Origin: Chitinophaga pinensis
GTDB taxonomy: Bacteria; Bacteroidota; Bacteroidia; UKL13-3
DNA: 64,000 nt
Assembly: GCA_945898275.1 (NCBI GenBank)
Contig: CAMDHZ010000011.1
Location: forward strand, 31,874 to 95,873
Direction of reading: 5' to 3'
A program made the translations under genes and the position numbers. Positions 19,676 to 29,123 of this stretch are shown here, piece after piece (within the stretch, counting starts at the first letter, position 1; each line of letters opens with the position of its first letter). Below the pieces are notes generated by a model. It was not told the DNA's origin and did not search any database. It worked only from the letters and a program-made list of their open reading frames with translations.

Positions 19676-21160
19676 CTATTTTTTAAAGAAAACTTTAAAT
19701 GTACTGCCAACATTGATAATACTTTCTGCTTCTATATAACCGCCCATAGTTTCTATTTGTGTTTTGGTGAGAAAAAGTCCTATTCCTCTCGATTCCTTTT
19801 TCTTATGAAAAGTTTGATACATCCCAAAAAGCTTGTCTCCATATTTTTGTAAATCAATTCCAATTCCATTATCTGTAACAGACAAAATCACAAAATCTTT
19901 GTCCTCTTCAGCACTTATTTTTATATAAGAACTCCTTTCTGGAGCGCAATATTTAATTGCATTAGTGAGTAAGTTTAACACGATACTATCTAAAAAGGCG
20001 GGAACTGCTTTGATATTTTGGGATTCTAAAATGTTATTTTCAATAATTACTTCTGCTTTGTTAGCCAAACCAATAACGTTTTCTATTGCTTTTTTTATAA
20101 CTTCAAACAAAGCTAGATTTTCCAATTGGGCAGATATGTCTTCATTTTCATTGGTCATTTTAGACAAATTTCCAATTGTATCTAGCAAGTTTTTACTAGC
20201 AGTTTTTGTAAATGTAAGAAGTTCTTCCTTTTCCATGTTTTCATCAGAATCTAGCGCTAACTCCAGTAAACGTTGGATATTCCCAGCATGACTTCTTAAA
20301 TTGTGGTTAACAATATGAGAATAATTTTTGAACTTAATATTTTGTGATTTTAACAAGGATAAAATTCCAAATAACTCAGTTTCTGCATTTTTTCTTTTTG
20401 TAATATCTTGGTGAATGCCAAACATTAATAGTGGAAGATTTTCATTGGTTCTGGAAATCACCATACCTCTATCATAAATCCAAATCCAATTACCATTTTT
20501 ATGTTTCATTCTTACTTCCATCTCATAATATGGAGAAAGACCGTCAAAGCATTTTTGCAATTGTTTATTGGATTCCTCCAAATCTTTAGGATGTACAAAT
20601 TGTTCCCACGTTCTTATGCTAATAGGCGAAAGTTCTTGTAAGGTATACCCAATGATTTCAGCCCATTTTTCATTAAAAATGGTTTCACCTGTTTGCACAT
20701 TCCACTCCCAAGTTCCTAAGCCAGAACTTAAGATGATGTATTCATTCCTAAGTTTTTCTGACTGAAGGGCCAGTTCAATTTTTTTTCTTTTACCGATGTC
20801 TTGAAAAGTGCCAAACAACTTTTTGCACTTTCCATTTTCAAAAATGGTTTGTCCAATGGTTCGAACCCATTTCTCATTTCCTCTTTGAGTAATGATTTGA
20901 ACATCCAAGTCATATCCTTCTCCTAGTTCTATTGCTTTTTCAATGGCTTTAGAAATTGCATCCCTGCTTTCACCTTCTTTATAAAATAAAATGGCTGTTT
21001 CTAAATTAGGACCAAACGATTCATCTAATTCATGAATGGCTTTAGTAACTTTACTCCAAATAGGAACTTGAGTTGCAAAATCTAATTCCCAATAACCAAT
21101 GTTCGCAACTTCATTTGCTTTTTCTGCAAGCCACAAACTTTCTTCCGCTAAATGGTTCAT
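19676..21160 (-). CDS. cytoplasmic PAS-domain sensor histidine kinase
   Basis: Tandem PAS-like regions, H-box (VNHNLRSHAGNIQ) and HATPase_c G-boxes (DNGIGID..., GIGLFLTK...). No TM segments. Confidence 0.85.
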   Translation of the reverse strand: MNHLAEESLWLAEKANEVANIGYWELDFATQVPIWSKVTKAIHELDESFGPNLETAILFYKEGESRDAISKAIEKAIELGEGYDLDVQIITQRGNEKWVRTIGQTIFENGKCKKLFGTFQDIGKRKKIELALQSEKLRNEYIILSSGLGTWEWNVQTGETIFNEKWAEIIGYTLQELSPISIRTWEQFVHPKDLEESNKQLQKCFDGLSPYYEMEVRMKHKNGNWIWIYDRGMVISRTNENLPLLMFGIHQDITKRKNAETELFGILSLLKSQNIKFKNYSHIVNHNLRSHAGNIQRLLELALDSDENMEKEELLTFTKTASKNLLDTIGNLSKMTNENEDISAQLENLALFEVIKKAIENVIGLANKAEVIIENNILESQNIKAVPAFLDSIVLNLLTNAIKYCAPERSSYIKISAEEDKDFVILSVTDNGIGIDLQKYGDKLFGMYQTFHKKKESRGIGLFLTKTQIETMGGYIEAESIINVGSTFKVFFKK

Positions 21161-21283
21161 TTAAACAAAATTGATTTTTTAAAAAAATATGTTGCTTGAA
21201 CAAATTTTACTAATCAATTCTGTGTAAAGGTAGACTAGGGTTATTTTTCTTAAAATGATTTTGGTCAGTTGCTTATATGTTCT

Positions 21284-22834
21284 TTATTTGGTTTCCAATA
21301 CAATAAAAGGGACCAACATTTCTTCCATACTTATTCCACCATGTTGAAATGAATTAGTATACATATTTACATGGTAGTTATAATTGTTTGGATAAACCAT
21401 AAAGTCTTCACCTGTGGCAAAAACATATGAAGTACTTACGTTCTGCTTTGGCAAATAGGCTTCGCTTGGGTTTTTAATCGTAAACAAATCCTTTTCATTA
21501 TAGTTTAAATTTCTGCCTTGTTTGTACCTTAGGTTTGTGCTGGTATGTCTATCTCCAACGATTTTAATTGGGTTGTTAACCCTAATGCTTCCATGGTCTG
21601 TTGTTATAATTACCCTAGCCTTTTTACTGGCAATTTTTTTAATGGCATCAAATAGGGGAGAGTGTTCGAACCAACTTGCCGTGATGCTTCTATAGGCTGC
21701 TTCATCTTCTGCCAATTCTTTCATCACATTCATTTCGGTTCTGGCATGACTTAGCATATCAACAAAATTATAAACGATTACATTCAAGTGGTTATTCCAC
21801 ATGTTAGGCACTTTGTCGGCTAAGTCTTTGCCCGCATTCAAGTTAGTTATTTTGGTATAACTAAATTTGTCTTTTATGCCAGCACGATTAAGTTGTCTGC
21901 CCAATAAATCTTCCTCATGTATATTTTTACCCTCGTCTTCTTCTTCATTAACCCAAAGATTTGGATATAATTTTTCAATTTCGCTTGGGAGCATTCCTGC
22001 AAAAAAGGAATTACGCGCATAATGCGTGGTTGTAGGAAGAATGGTTAGGTATAAATCATCTGTAACAACTGAGAATAATTCATTGAGTTGTTGTTGTATT
22101 ACTTTCCATTGGTCGAACCTAAAATTGTCGATTAAAATAATAAAAGTTGGTGTTTCATCTTTTAATAAAGGAATTATCCTTCTATTAAAAACTGTGTGTG
22201 ACATTGAGGGAGTGCTATCATCGGACTTCTTTAAAAATTTAAGGTAGTTTTCCTTTACAAATTTAGTCCAACCATTATTGGCATCTCTTTTTTGCATGGC
22301 CAAAATTTCGTCCATCCCAGTTTCGCCACTTTTAGCCAATTCTAGTTCCCAGTACACAAGTTTTCTGTACATGTTTACCCATCCTTCAAAACTGTTGACA
22401 TCATATAAATCCATGCTCAACTGTCTAAATTCTTGTTGGTAATTCTGTGCAGTTTTTTCAGTAACCAATTGCCTTCCGTCTAAAATTTTCTTGAGCGAAA
22501 GCAAAATCTGACTACTATTTACGGGTTTAATTAAATAATCTGCAATTTGGTTTCCAATGGCATCCTCCATGATGTGCTCTTCTTCGCTTTTGGTAATCAT
22601 GATAATTGGAATATCTGGCTTAAGCTGTTTTATTTGGGCTAAGGTTTCAATCCCAGAAATTCCAGGCATATTTTCATCCAAGAAAATTACATCATAGTTT
22701 TGAGATTTTACCTTTTCTACGGCGTCAACCCCATTGGTAACTTTATCTACTGTATAACCTTTGTTGCTAAGAAACAGTATGTGAGGCTTAAGAAGATCAA
22801 TCTCATCGTCGGCCCAGAGTATGGATGCGTTCAT
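21284..22834 (-). CDS. porX: PorX-like response regulator: receiver domain fused to PglZ (alkaline-phosphatase-like) domain
   Basis: N-terminal REC (ILWADDE..., phospho-acceptor context DVIFLDENMPG, ...LIKP) followed by a ~380-aa PglZ-type domain. Length (516 aa) and architecture match the T9SS regulator PorX. Confidence 0.75.
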   Translation of the reverse strand: MNASILWADDEIDLLKPHILFLSNKGYTVDKVTNGVDAVEKVKSQNYDVIFLDENMPGISGIETLAQIKQLKPDIPIIMITKSEEEHIMEDAIGNQIADYLIKPVNSSQILLSLKKILDGRQLVTEKTAQNYQQEFRQLSMDLYDVNSFEGWVNMYRKLVYWELELAKSGETGMDEILAMQKRDANNGWTKFVKENYLKFLKKSDDSTPSMSHTVFNRRIIPLLKDETPTFIILIDNFRFDQWKVIQQQLNELFSVVTDDLYLTILPTTTHYARNSFFAGMLPSEIEKLYPNLWVNEEEDEGKNIHEEDLLGRQLNRAGIKDKFSYTKITNLNAGKDLADKVPNMWNNHLNVIVYNFVDMLSHARTEMNVMKELAEDEAAYRSITASWFEHSPLFDAIKKIASKKARVIITTDHGSIRVNNPIKIVGDRHTSTNLRYKQGRNLNYNEKDLFTIKNPSEAYLPKQNVSTSYVFATGEDFMVYPNNYNYHVNMYTNSFQHGGISMEEMLVPFIVLETK

Positions 22835-22840
22835 ATTTTA

Positions 22841-22848
22841 TATATTTG
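22841..22848 (+). promoter_or_regulatory. candidate Bacteroidota -7 promoter box TATATTTG for the HD-domain gene
   Basis: Matches the TAnnTTTG consensus 28 nt upstream of the GTG start. No clear -33 TTTG element. Confidence 0.2.
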
Positions 22849-22875
22849 CGAAGTAACGCAATATAATCAATACTA

Positions 22876-24114
22876 GTGTCGCTTAATAAACTCAAAAATT
22901 TTAATGATCCAGTTTATGGATTTGTTAGCATCCCATGTGATTTGGTTTACGATATCATTTCTCATCCTTGGTTTCAGCGTTTAAGAAGAATTAAGCAGTT
23001 AGGTTTGTCCAACTATGTTTATCCTGGCGCTCAGCACACTCGCTTTCAACATGTAATTGGCGCTATGAGTTTAACACAAGACGCAATTGCAACTCTTGAG
23101 CAAAAAGGAGTTAGGATCAAACCAGAAGAAAAAGAAGCTGTTTATGCAGCAATATTATTACATGATATTGGACATGGTCCTTTTTCGCATACCCTTGAAA
23201 ATATTTTAGTTAAGGGGATTTCACATGAGCAAATATCCCTGCATTTAATGGAGCAAATGAACCTAGAAATGAATGGAAGGTTAAGTTTATGCATTGATAT
23301 CTTTACAAATAAATATCACAAACATTTCTTGCATCAGTTGGTAAGCAGTCAATTAGACATGGATAGGCTAGATTATCTTAGAAGAGATAGCTTTTTTACA
23401 GGAGTTCAAGAAGGGGTTGTTGGGCAAGATAGAATCATTAAAATGCTCAATGTATTTGAAGGTGAATTAGTGGTTGACGAAAAAGGAATCTATAGCATCG
23501 AAAAGTTTTTAATTGCCAGAAGGTTAATGTATTGGCAAGTTTACCTTCATAAAACAGTGGTTGCAGCAGAAAGCATTTTAATTAAAGCAGTGGAAAGAGC
23601 TTTTGTTTTAGCTGCAAATGGTAAGCAGTTATTCGCCTCACCAGCCTTTGCCTATTTTCTAAATAACCAGCCACATGCATCAAGTTTTTTTTCTGATAAA
23701 GAAGGAATAAAATCTTATACACAGCTGGACGATAATGATATAATGACTTCCATAAAAGTATGGTGTAACCATGAAGATCTCATCTTGAGAGATTTATGTC
23801 TTATGCTTAGAGATAGACAACTTCCAAAAATTGTTTTTTCTAATGAGCCATTTCAAGAAATGGAGCTAGACCGTTTAAAAGGTTTCGTTTTGAACCAAAA
23901 GAACATCAGTTATGCTGAAAGTGATTATTTTGTATATACCGACTCTATTAAGAACCGTGCATATAATTTAGACCATTTTCATATAAATATTCTTTATAAA
24001 GACGGTACTTTAATGGATATTGCGAAAGCATCTGACCAATATAATATTGAAACACTTGCACGTTCAGTTACCAAATATTTCCTTTGTTATCCAAAATACC
24101 TTGAACCTAAATAA
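22876..24114 (+). CDS. HD-domain phosphohydrolase (dGTPase-like)
   Basis: H..HV.GAMSL ... LLHDIGHGPFSH HD motif. Non-ATG (GTG) start. This family is a conserved neighbour of lpxD in Bacteroidota. Confidence 0.75.
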   Translation: MSLNKLKNFNDPVYGFVSIPCDLVYDIISHPWFQRLRRIKQLGLSNYVYPGAQHTRFQHVIGAMSLTQDAIATLEQKGVRIKPEEKEAVYAAILLHDIGHGPFSHTLENILVKGISHEQISLHLMEQMNLEMNGRLSLCIDIFTNKYHKHFLHQLVSSQLDMDRLDYLRRDSFFTGVQEGVVGQDRIIKMLNVFEGELVVDEKGIYSIEKFLIARRLMYWQVYLHKTVVAAESILIKAVERAFVLAANGKQLFASPAFAYFLNNQPHASSFFSDKEGIKSYTQLDDNDIMTSIKVWCNHEDLILRDLCLMLRDRQLPKIVFSNEPFQEMELDRLKGFVLNQKNISYAESDYFVYTDSIKNRAYNLDHFHINILYKDGTLMDIAKASDQYNIETLARSVTKYFLCYPKYLEPK

Positions 24115-24123
24115 TTTTATTAC

Positions 24124-25161
24124 ATGCAAATAAGCCTAAATGAACTTGCGAAGTTGTTAAATGGAGAGTTGATAGGAGATGGCGCACAAACCGTTCATAC
24201 GGTAGCCAAAATAGAAGAAGGATTTGCAGGTGCCTTATCCTTTTTAGCTAACTCCAAATACGAGGAGCATTTATACACCACTAAATCTACCGCTGTCTTG
24301 GTAAATAAAACTTTCCAGCCTGCAGCTCCATATAATACAACACTTATAAAAGTAGATGATTCTTATGCGGCCTTTACCTATTTACTAGAAAAGTTCAGTA
24401 ATCCAAGTGCGCAATTTATTGGGTTTGAACCAATGAGTTTTATAGATACCACTGCTAAACTAGGCAATGAGGTATATGTTGGTGCATTTGCTTATGTAAG
24501 TAAAGGAGCTGTAGTTGGTGATAATAGCAAAATTTTCCCGCAAGTATTTTTAGGTACCAATGTAAAAATAGGTTCAAACTGTATTATTTATCCTGGGGTT
24601 AAAATTTATCACGATTGTGTAATAGGTGATAATTGTATTATACATGCTAGCAGTGTAATTGGTAGCGATGGATTTGGTTTTGCACCTTTGCCAGATGGCT
24701 CATACAAAAAAATACCCCAAACAGGAAATGTAATTGTGGAAGATGATGTTGAAATTGGTTCAAATTGCAGTATTGACCGCGCTACTATGGGTTCAACCAT
24801 TATTAGAAAAGGGGTGAAGTTGGATAATCTCATTCAAATTGCCCATAATGTTGAAGTAGGAGAACATACGGTTATGGCAGGTCAATCTGGAATAGCCGGT
24901 TCAACTAAATTGGGAAAGTTTGTAGTAGTTGGTGGGCAAGTTGCTATTTCTGGTCACCTACAAATAGCAAATAAAAACCAATTTGGTGGGCAATCTGGGG
25001 TAAATACCAATATAAATGAAGAGGGTAAAAAATGGTTTGGAACACCAGTTTTAGAATTGCGTGATGCTTTGAGAGCTGGCGCTGTTACTAGACGTTTGCC
25101 CGAATTATTAAGCCGAATTGAAGCACTTGAAAAAGAGTTATCGGCTTTTAAAAAAGATTAA
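24124..25161 (+). CDS. lpxD: UDP-3-O-(3-hydroxyacyl)glucosamine N-acyltransferase
   Basis: Left-handed beta-helix hexapeptide repeats and an LpxD-type N-terminus and C-terminal helix. Confidence 0.9.
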   Translation: MQISLNELAKLLNGELIGDGAQTVHTVAKIEEGFAGALSFLANSKYEEHLYTTKSTAVLVNKTFQPAAPYNTTLIKVDDSYAAFTYLLEKFSNPSAQFIGFEPMSFIDTTAKLGNEVYVGAFAYVSKGAVVGDNSKIFPQVFLGTNVKIGSNCIIYPGVKIYHDCVIGDNCIIHASSVIGSDGFGFAPLPDGSYKKIPQTGNVIVEDDVEIGSNCSIDRATMGSTIIRKGVKLDNLIQIAHNVEVGEHTVMAGQSGIAGSTKLGKFVVVGGQVAISGHLQIANKNQFGGQSGVNTNINEEGKKWFGTPVLELRDALRAGAVTRRLPELLSRIEALEKELSAFKKD

Positions 25162-25227
25162 AATTAAGAGAAATAATAAAAATTGCGGGCAATTTCCCTG
25201 CTATTCTTTTTTATTTGCAGAATAATT

Positions 25228-26616
25228 ATGAAGCAAACAACTATTGCAAAAGCGGTGAGTTTAGAAGGTGTAGGCCTTCATACAGGTCAGAATGTGCATA
25301 TGACCTTTTTGCCAGCAGCCGATAATTACGGCATTAAGTTTCAAAGGGTTGACTTACCAGAGCAGCCTATTGTAGATGCAGATGTAGACAATGTGGTAGA
25401 CACCAGCAGAGGCACTACAATTGAGCAAAATGGTGCAAGAATTGCTACAGTAGAGCATGTTATGGCTGCTTTAGCAGGTTTGGAAATAGACAATTGTCTG
25501 GTTCAAATTGATGGTGGAGAAACCCCAATTATGGATGGTAGCTCTAAGTTTTTTATGAAAGCCTTACGTGAGGCAGGTATTACCGAATTAGAAGCAGAGC
25601 GTGAATATTTCTCCATTCCACAAAATGTATATTACACCGAAGATGATAGAAATGTAGAAATGATTGCCATGCCCTTAGACGACTATCGTTTAACTGTAAT
25701 GGTAGATTATAATTCTCCTGTCTTAGGAAGCCAACATGCTTCAATTACCAGTTTAAAGGAATTTGAAAAAGACATCTCAAGTTGCAGAACCTTTTGCTTT
25801 TTGCATGAACTTGAATTACTCTACAATAATGGATTAATCAGAGGTGGAGATTTAAACAATGCAATAGTAATTGTAGACAGGGTAATTGAAGACAATGAAT
25901 TAGACCATTTGGCTAAAATGTTTAATAAGCCTAAGGTTGAAGTAAAAAAGGAAGGCATCTTAAATAATGTTGACTTGCGTTTTCATAATGAACCTGCGCG
26001 ACACAAGCTGTTAGATTTAATTGGAGATTTGGCCTTGATTGGCACACCAATCAAAGCACAAATTATGGCTGCAAGGCCAGGACATGCTGCCAACGTAGCC
26101 TTTGGAAAGAAAATCAAAGCCTTAATCAAAAAAACACGAAATTCACATAAGGTTCCAAAAAACGACCCAAACAAAGCCCCTCTTTATAATTCTCAAGATA
26201 TTGAGAAATTATTACCTCACAGATTTCCTTTTTTATTGGTTGATAAGGTTGTAGAAATGGGCCAAAATCACATTGTGGCAGTTAAAAATGTAACCATAAA
26301 TGAACAATTCTTTCAAGGACATTTCCCCGGAAACCCTGTAATGCCTGGAGTTTTAATCATAGAGGCTATGGCACAAAGCGGTGGAGTCCTTATTTTATCT
26401 AAAGTAGAAGACCCAGAAAACTATAACACCTATTTCATGAAAATTGATAATGCAAAGTTCAAAGAAAAAGTTATTCCTGGGGATACCTTGGTGTTTCGAC
26501 TTGATTTAACTGCTCCAATCCGTAGAGGAATTTGTGTAATGAAAGGCAGTGCTTTTGTAGGCGATAAACTCGTTGCAGAAGCCGAATTAATGGCTTCCGT
26601 AGCAAAAAGTAAATAA
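25228..26616 (+). CDS. lpxC/fabZ: bifunctional UDP-3-O-acyl-GlcNAc deacetylase / 3-hydroxyacyl-ACP dehydratase
   Basis: N-terminal LpxC (MKQTTIAKAVSLEGVGLHTGQ...) fused to C-terminal FabZ hotdog (LLPHRFPFLLVDKV...FFQGHFPGNPVMPGVL). This fusion is typical of Bacteroidota. Confidence 0.9.
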   Translation: MKQTTIAKAVSLEGVGLHTGQNVHMTFLPAADNYGIKFQRVDLPEQPIVDADVDNVVDTSRGTTIEQNGARIATVEHVMAALAGLEIDNCLVQIDGGETPIMDGSSKFFMKALREAGITELEAEREYFSIPQNVYYTEDDRNVEMIAMPLDDYRLTVMVDYNSPVLGSQHASITSLKEFEKDISSCRTFCFLHELELLYNNGLIRGGDLNNAIVIVDRVIEDNELDHLAKMFNKPKVEVKKEGILNNVDLRFHNEPARHKLLDLIGDLALIGTPIKAQIMAARPGHAANVAFGKKIKALIKKTRNSHKVPKNDPNKAPLYNSQDIEKLLPHRFPFLLVDKVVEMGQNHIVAVKNVTINEQFFQGHFPGNPVMPGVLIIEAMAQSGGVLILSKVEDPENYNTYFMKIDNAKFKEKVIPGDTLVFRLDLTAPIRRGICVMKGSAFVGDKLVAEAELMASVAKSK

Positions 26617-26617
26617 A

Positions 26618-27400
26618 ATGATTCATAGTTTAGCTTATATAGACCAACAAGCCAAATTAGCAGAAAATGTTGTTGTAGATCCTTTTTCAGTTATTCATAA
26701 TGATGTTGAAATAGGTGAAGGTACTTGGATTGGTTCAAACGTAACAATTTATCCTGGTGCTAGAATTGGAAAAAATGTTAAAATCTTTCCTGGTGCAGTT
26801 ATTTCTGCAGTTCCTCAAGATTTAAAATTTGATGGCGAAGAAACGCATGTAATAATTGGTGATAACACTACCATTCGTGAATGTGTTACTATCAATAGAG
26901 GCACAAAAGATAAGTTTAAAACAGAAGTTGGTTCAAACTGCCTAATTATGGCTTACTCTCATTTGGCACATGATTGCATTGTAGGCAATAACGTGATAAT
27001 TGCAAATGGTGTGCAAGCAGCAGGTCATGTTACAATCCAAGATTATGCTAGAATTGGTGGACTATCTGCCATTCATCAATTTGGATTAGTTGGCAGAAAC
27101 GTTATGATTGAAGGCGGCAGCATGGTTAGCAAAGATGTTCCACCTTTTGTTAAGGCAGGAAGATATCCCTTAACCTACGAAGGTGTAAATGCAGTTGGAT
27201 TGAGACGTGCAGGATTCTCAAATGAGAAAATAAACGAAATTCAAGACATTTATCGTGTGCTTTTTGTGCATAACACAAACTTAAGTAAAGCGCTCGAATT
27301 GGTTGAGCGTGATTTTGGTTCAACCCTAGAAAGAGATGAAATTTTATCTTTTATCAAGAGCTCAGAACGCGGAGTTCTTAAAGGATTTAGCAGCCGATAA
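26618..27400 (+). CDS. lpxA: acyl-ACP--UDP-GlcNAc O-acyltransferase
   Basis: Hexapeptide-repeat protein with an LpxA-type C-terminal helical domain, directly after lpxC/fabZ. Confidence 0.9.
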   Translation: MIHSLAYIDQQAKLAENVVVDPFSVIHNDVEIGEGTWIGSNVTIYPGARIGKNVKIFPGAVISAVPQDLKFDGEETHVIIGDNTTIRECVTINRGTKDKFKTEVGSNCLIMAYSHLAHDCIVGNNVIIANGVQAAGHVTIQDYARIGGLSAIHQFGLVGRNVMIEGGSMVSKDVPPFVKAGRYPLTYEGVNAVGLRRAGFSNEKINEIQDIYRVLFVHNTNLSKALELVERDFGSTLERDEILSFIKSSERGVLKGFSSR

Positions 27401-27403
27401 ATT

Positions 27404-28024
27404 TTGGAAGTAATTCTTTCTGATATTGGAAAGCGTTTCAATTCGCAGTGGATATTTAAAGGAATTACGCACACTTTCTTGCCAAATAGCATAAGCGCGC
27501 TAACGGGCAATAACGGTAGTGGTAAATCAACTTTGCTTCAAATTATTTATGGTTTTCAAACCTACAGCCGAGGTAAAATCTCATGGGAACTCAATAATGA
27601 AAGCCTAATCGATGAAACCCTACCTGGAAAAATTTCACTTGCAGCCCCTTATTTAGAATTGCCTGAAGAGTTTACTTTAGAAGAAATGCTTAGATTTCAC
27701 TTTAGCATCGTTCCTCCTAAGACAGCTAATTCAAAAGAAGAAATGCTAAAATCTGCTGGTTTAGCTGGGCAAGAGCAAAAATTCATAAAACATTTTTCTT
27801 CAGGAATGAAACAAAGGTTAAAGCTATTATTAGCATTTTACAGCAATTCTCCTTTGTTATTGCTCGACGAACCTTGCTCGAACCTAGATGAAAATGGTAT
27901 AAATTGGTATAGAAACATACTTGAAGCAAATATTGGCCAACGAACAATTATCATTGCTAGTAATCAAACGTTTGAATACCAGGGCTGTCAATCCATCATA
28001 AATGTATCTCAATTTAGGCCTTAA
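27404..28024 (+). CDS. ccmA: small ABC-type ATPase, probable heme exporter CcmA
   Basis: Walker A GNNGSGKST, signature FSSGMKQR and Walker B LLLLDEP. At 206 aa it aligns colinearly with E. coli CcmA (AGLAG.E ... LS.G...R ... ILDEP...D.NG). No adjacent permease. TTG start. Confidence 0.5.
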   Translation: MEVILSDIGKRFNSQWIFKGITHTFLPNSISALTGNNGSGKSTLLQIIYGFQTYSRGKISWELNNESLIDETLPGKISLAAPYLELPEEFTLEEMLRFHFSIVPPKTANSKEEMLKSAGLAGQEQKFIKHFSSGMKQRLKLLLAFYSNSPLLLLDEPCSNLDENGINWYRNILEANIGQRTIIIASNQTFEYQGCQSIINVSQFRP

Positions 28025-29123
28025 TCAGTTTTTGAATTTCCTGAGCGCCTTTTAAACCCGCATTTTCATCTCCAAAAAGTGCGCTTAATTCTGCATAATC
28101 ACCACGCATTTTTTCTAGTTTAGAACCTCCCGGCAAAATTTGTATCAACTCTTCAAGTAAATGCGCTTTGGTGTAATCTTTTTGAACCAACTCATTTATT
28201 GCCAATCTATCCAAGTTTAAATTTACCAATGAAACATATTTAACTTTTACAACCCTAATGGCAATATTATAGGAAATTGGATGCGCTGCATAGCCACAAA
28301 CTTGCGGCACACCCATAATCGCGGTTTCTAAGGAGGCTGTACCACTGCAAACTACTGCTGCTGTTGCATGTTTAAGAATTTGAGCTGTTTCTCCAAACAC
28401 AATATTTACGGTTGGGTTTAGCCATTCTTCATAAAATGATTTTTCTAAACCTGGTGCGCCTGCAATTAAAAATTGATATTCTGGTAAGTCATTGGCCAAA
28501 CTTAGCATAGGTGGCAACATTCTTTTTACTTCTTGCTTTCTGCTTCCAGGCAACAAAGCTATGATTGGCTTGTATTTATCTGCCCCAATTTCTTCTAAAA
28601 ACCCAGGACGAGGAAAAGTTTGTTTGGCTTGTTGAACCAATGGATTTCCTACATAAACCGAGTTTACTTTCCATTTCTTAAAATAGTTTGGTTCAAATGG
28701 AAAAATGAGCAAAAGTAAGTCTACATATTTTTCAATTTTATAACCTCTTTTTTCATTCCAAGCCCAGATTTTAGGGGCAATATAATAACAGGTTTTGATG
28801 CCATTTTCTTTGCCAAACTTAGCCATTCTAAGGTTAAAACCAGGGTAATCAACAAGTATAAGCACATCTGGATTAAATGCTAAAACATGAGATTGGCACC
28901 GTTTTAAATTTCCAAAAACTTCTCTAATTCGCATCAATACTTCCACAAACCCCATAATGGTAATGTCTTTGTAATGTTGCAATAAACCTGGTGCTATTTT
29001 TTGCATGGCATCGCCACCCCAATATTGAAATTCTGCTTTGGGGTCTTCAACCAAAATTCCTTGCATTAAACTTGCTGCCAAGGCATCACCACTGGCTTCT
29101 CCAGCTATTAAAAAATATTTCAT
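28014..29123 (-). CDS. lpxB: lipid-A-disaccharide synthase
   Basis: MKYFLIAGEASGDALAASLMQ... is a canonical LpxB (GT19). Its ATG overlaps the stop of the upstream 396-aa gene (ATGA). Confidence 0.9.
   Translation of the reverse strand: MKYFLIAGEASGDALAASLMQGILVEDPKAEFQYWGGDAMQKIAPGLLQHYKDITIMGFVEVLMRIREVFGNLKRCQSHVLAFNPDVLILVDYPGFNLRMAKFGKENGIKTCYYIAPKIWAWNEKRGYKIEKYVDLLLLIFPFEPNYFKKWKVNSVYVGNPLVQQAKQTFPRPGFLEEIGADKYKPIIALLPGSRKQEVKRMLPPMLSLANDLPEYQFLIAGAPGLEKSFYEEWLNPTVNIVFGETAQILKHATAAVVCSGTASLETAIMGVPQVCGYAAHPISYNIAIRVVKVKYVSLVNLNLDRLAINELVQKDYTKAHLLEELIQILPGGSKLEKMRGDYAELSALFGDENAGLKGAQEIQKLIKA

Noticed and set aside
19965-22247. Plus-strand ORFs (65-108 aa) opposite the histidine kinase and PorX-like genes
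   Set aside because: They are antisense shadows within well-supported coding regions and have no motifs.
21284-22834. PglZ domain as a BREX phage-defence component
   Set aside because: The PglZ domain is fused to a receiver domain in PorX-like architecture. No BrxA/B/C/L, PglX methyltransferase or other defence genes are nearby; the neighbours are a histidine kinase and lipid A genes. It is regulatory, not BREX.
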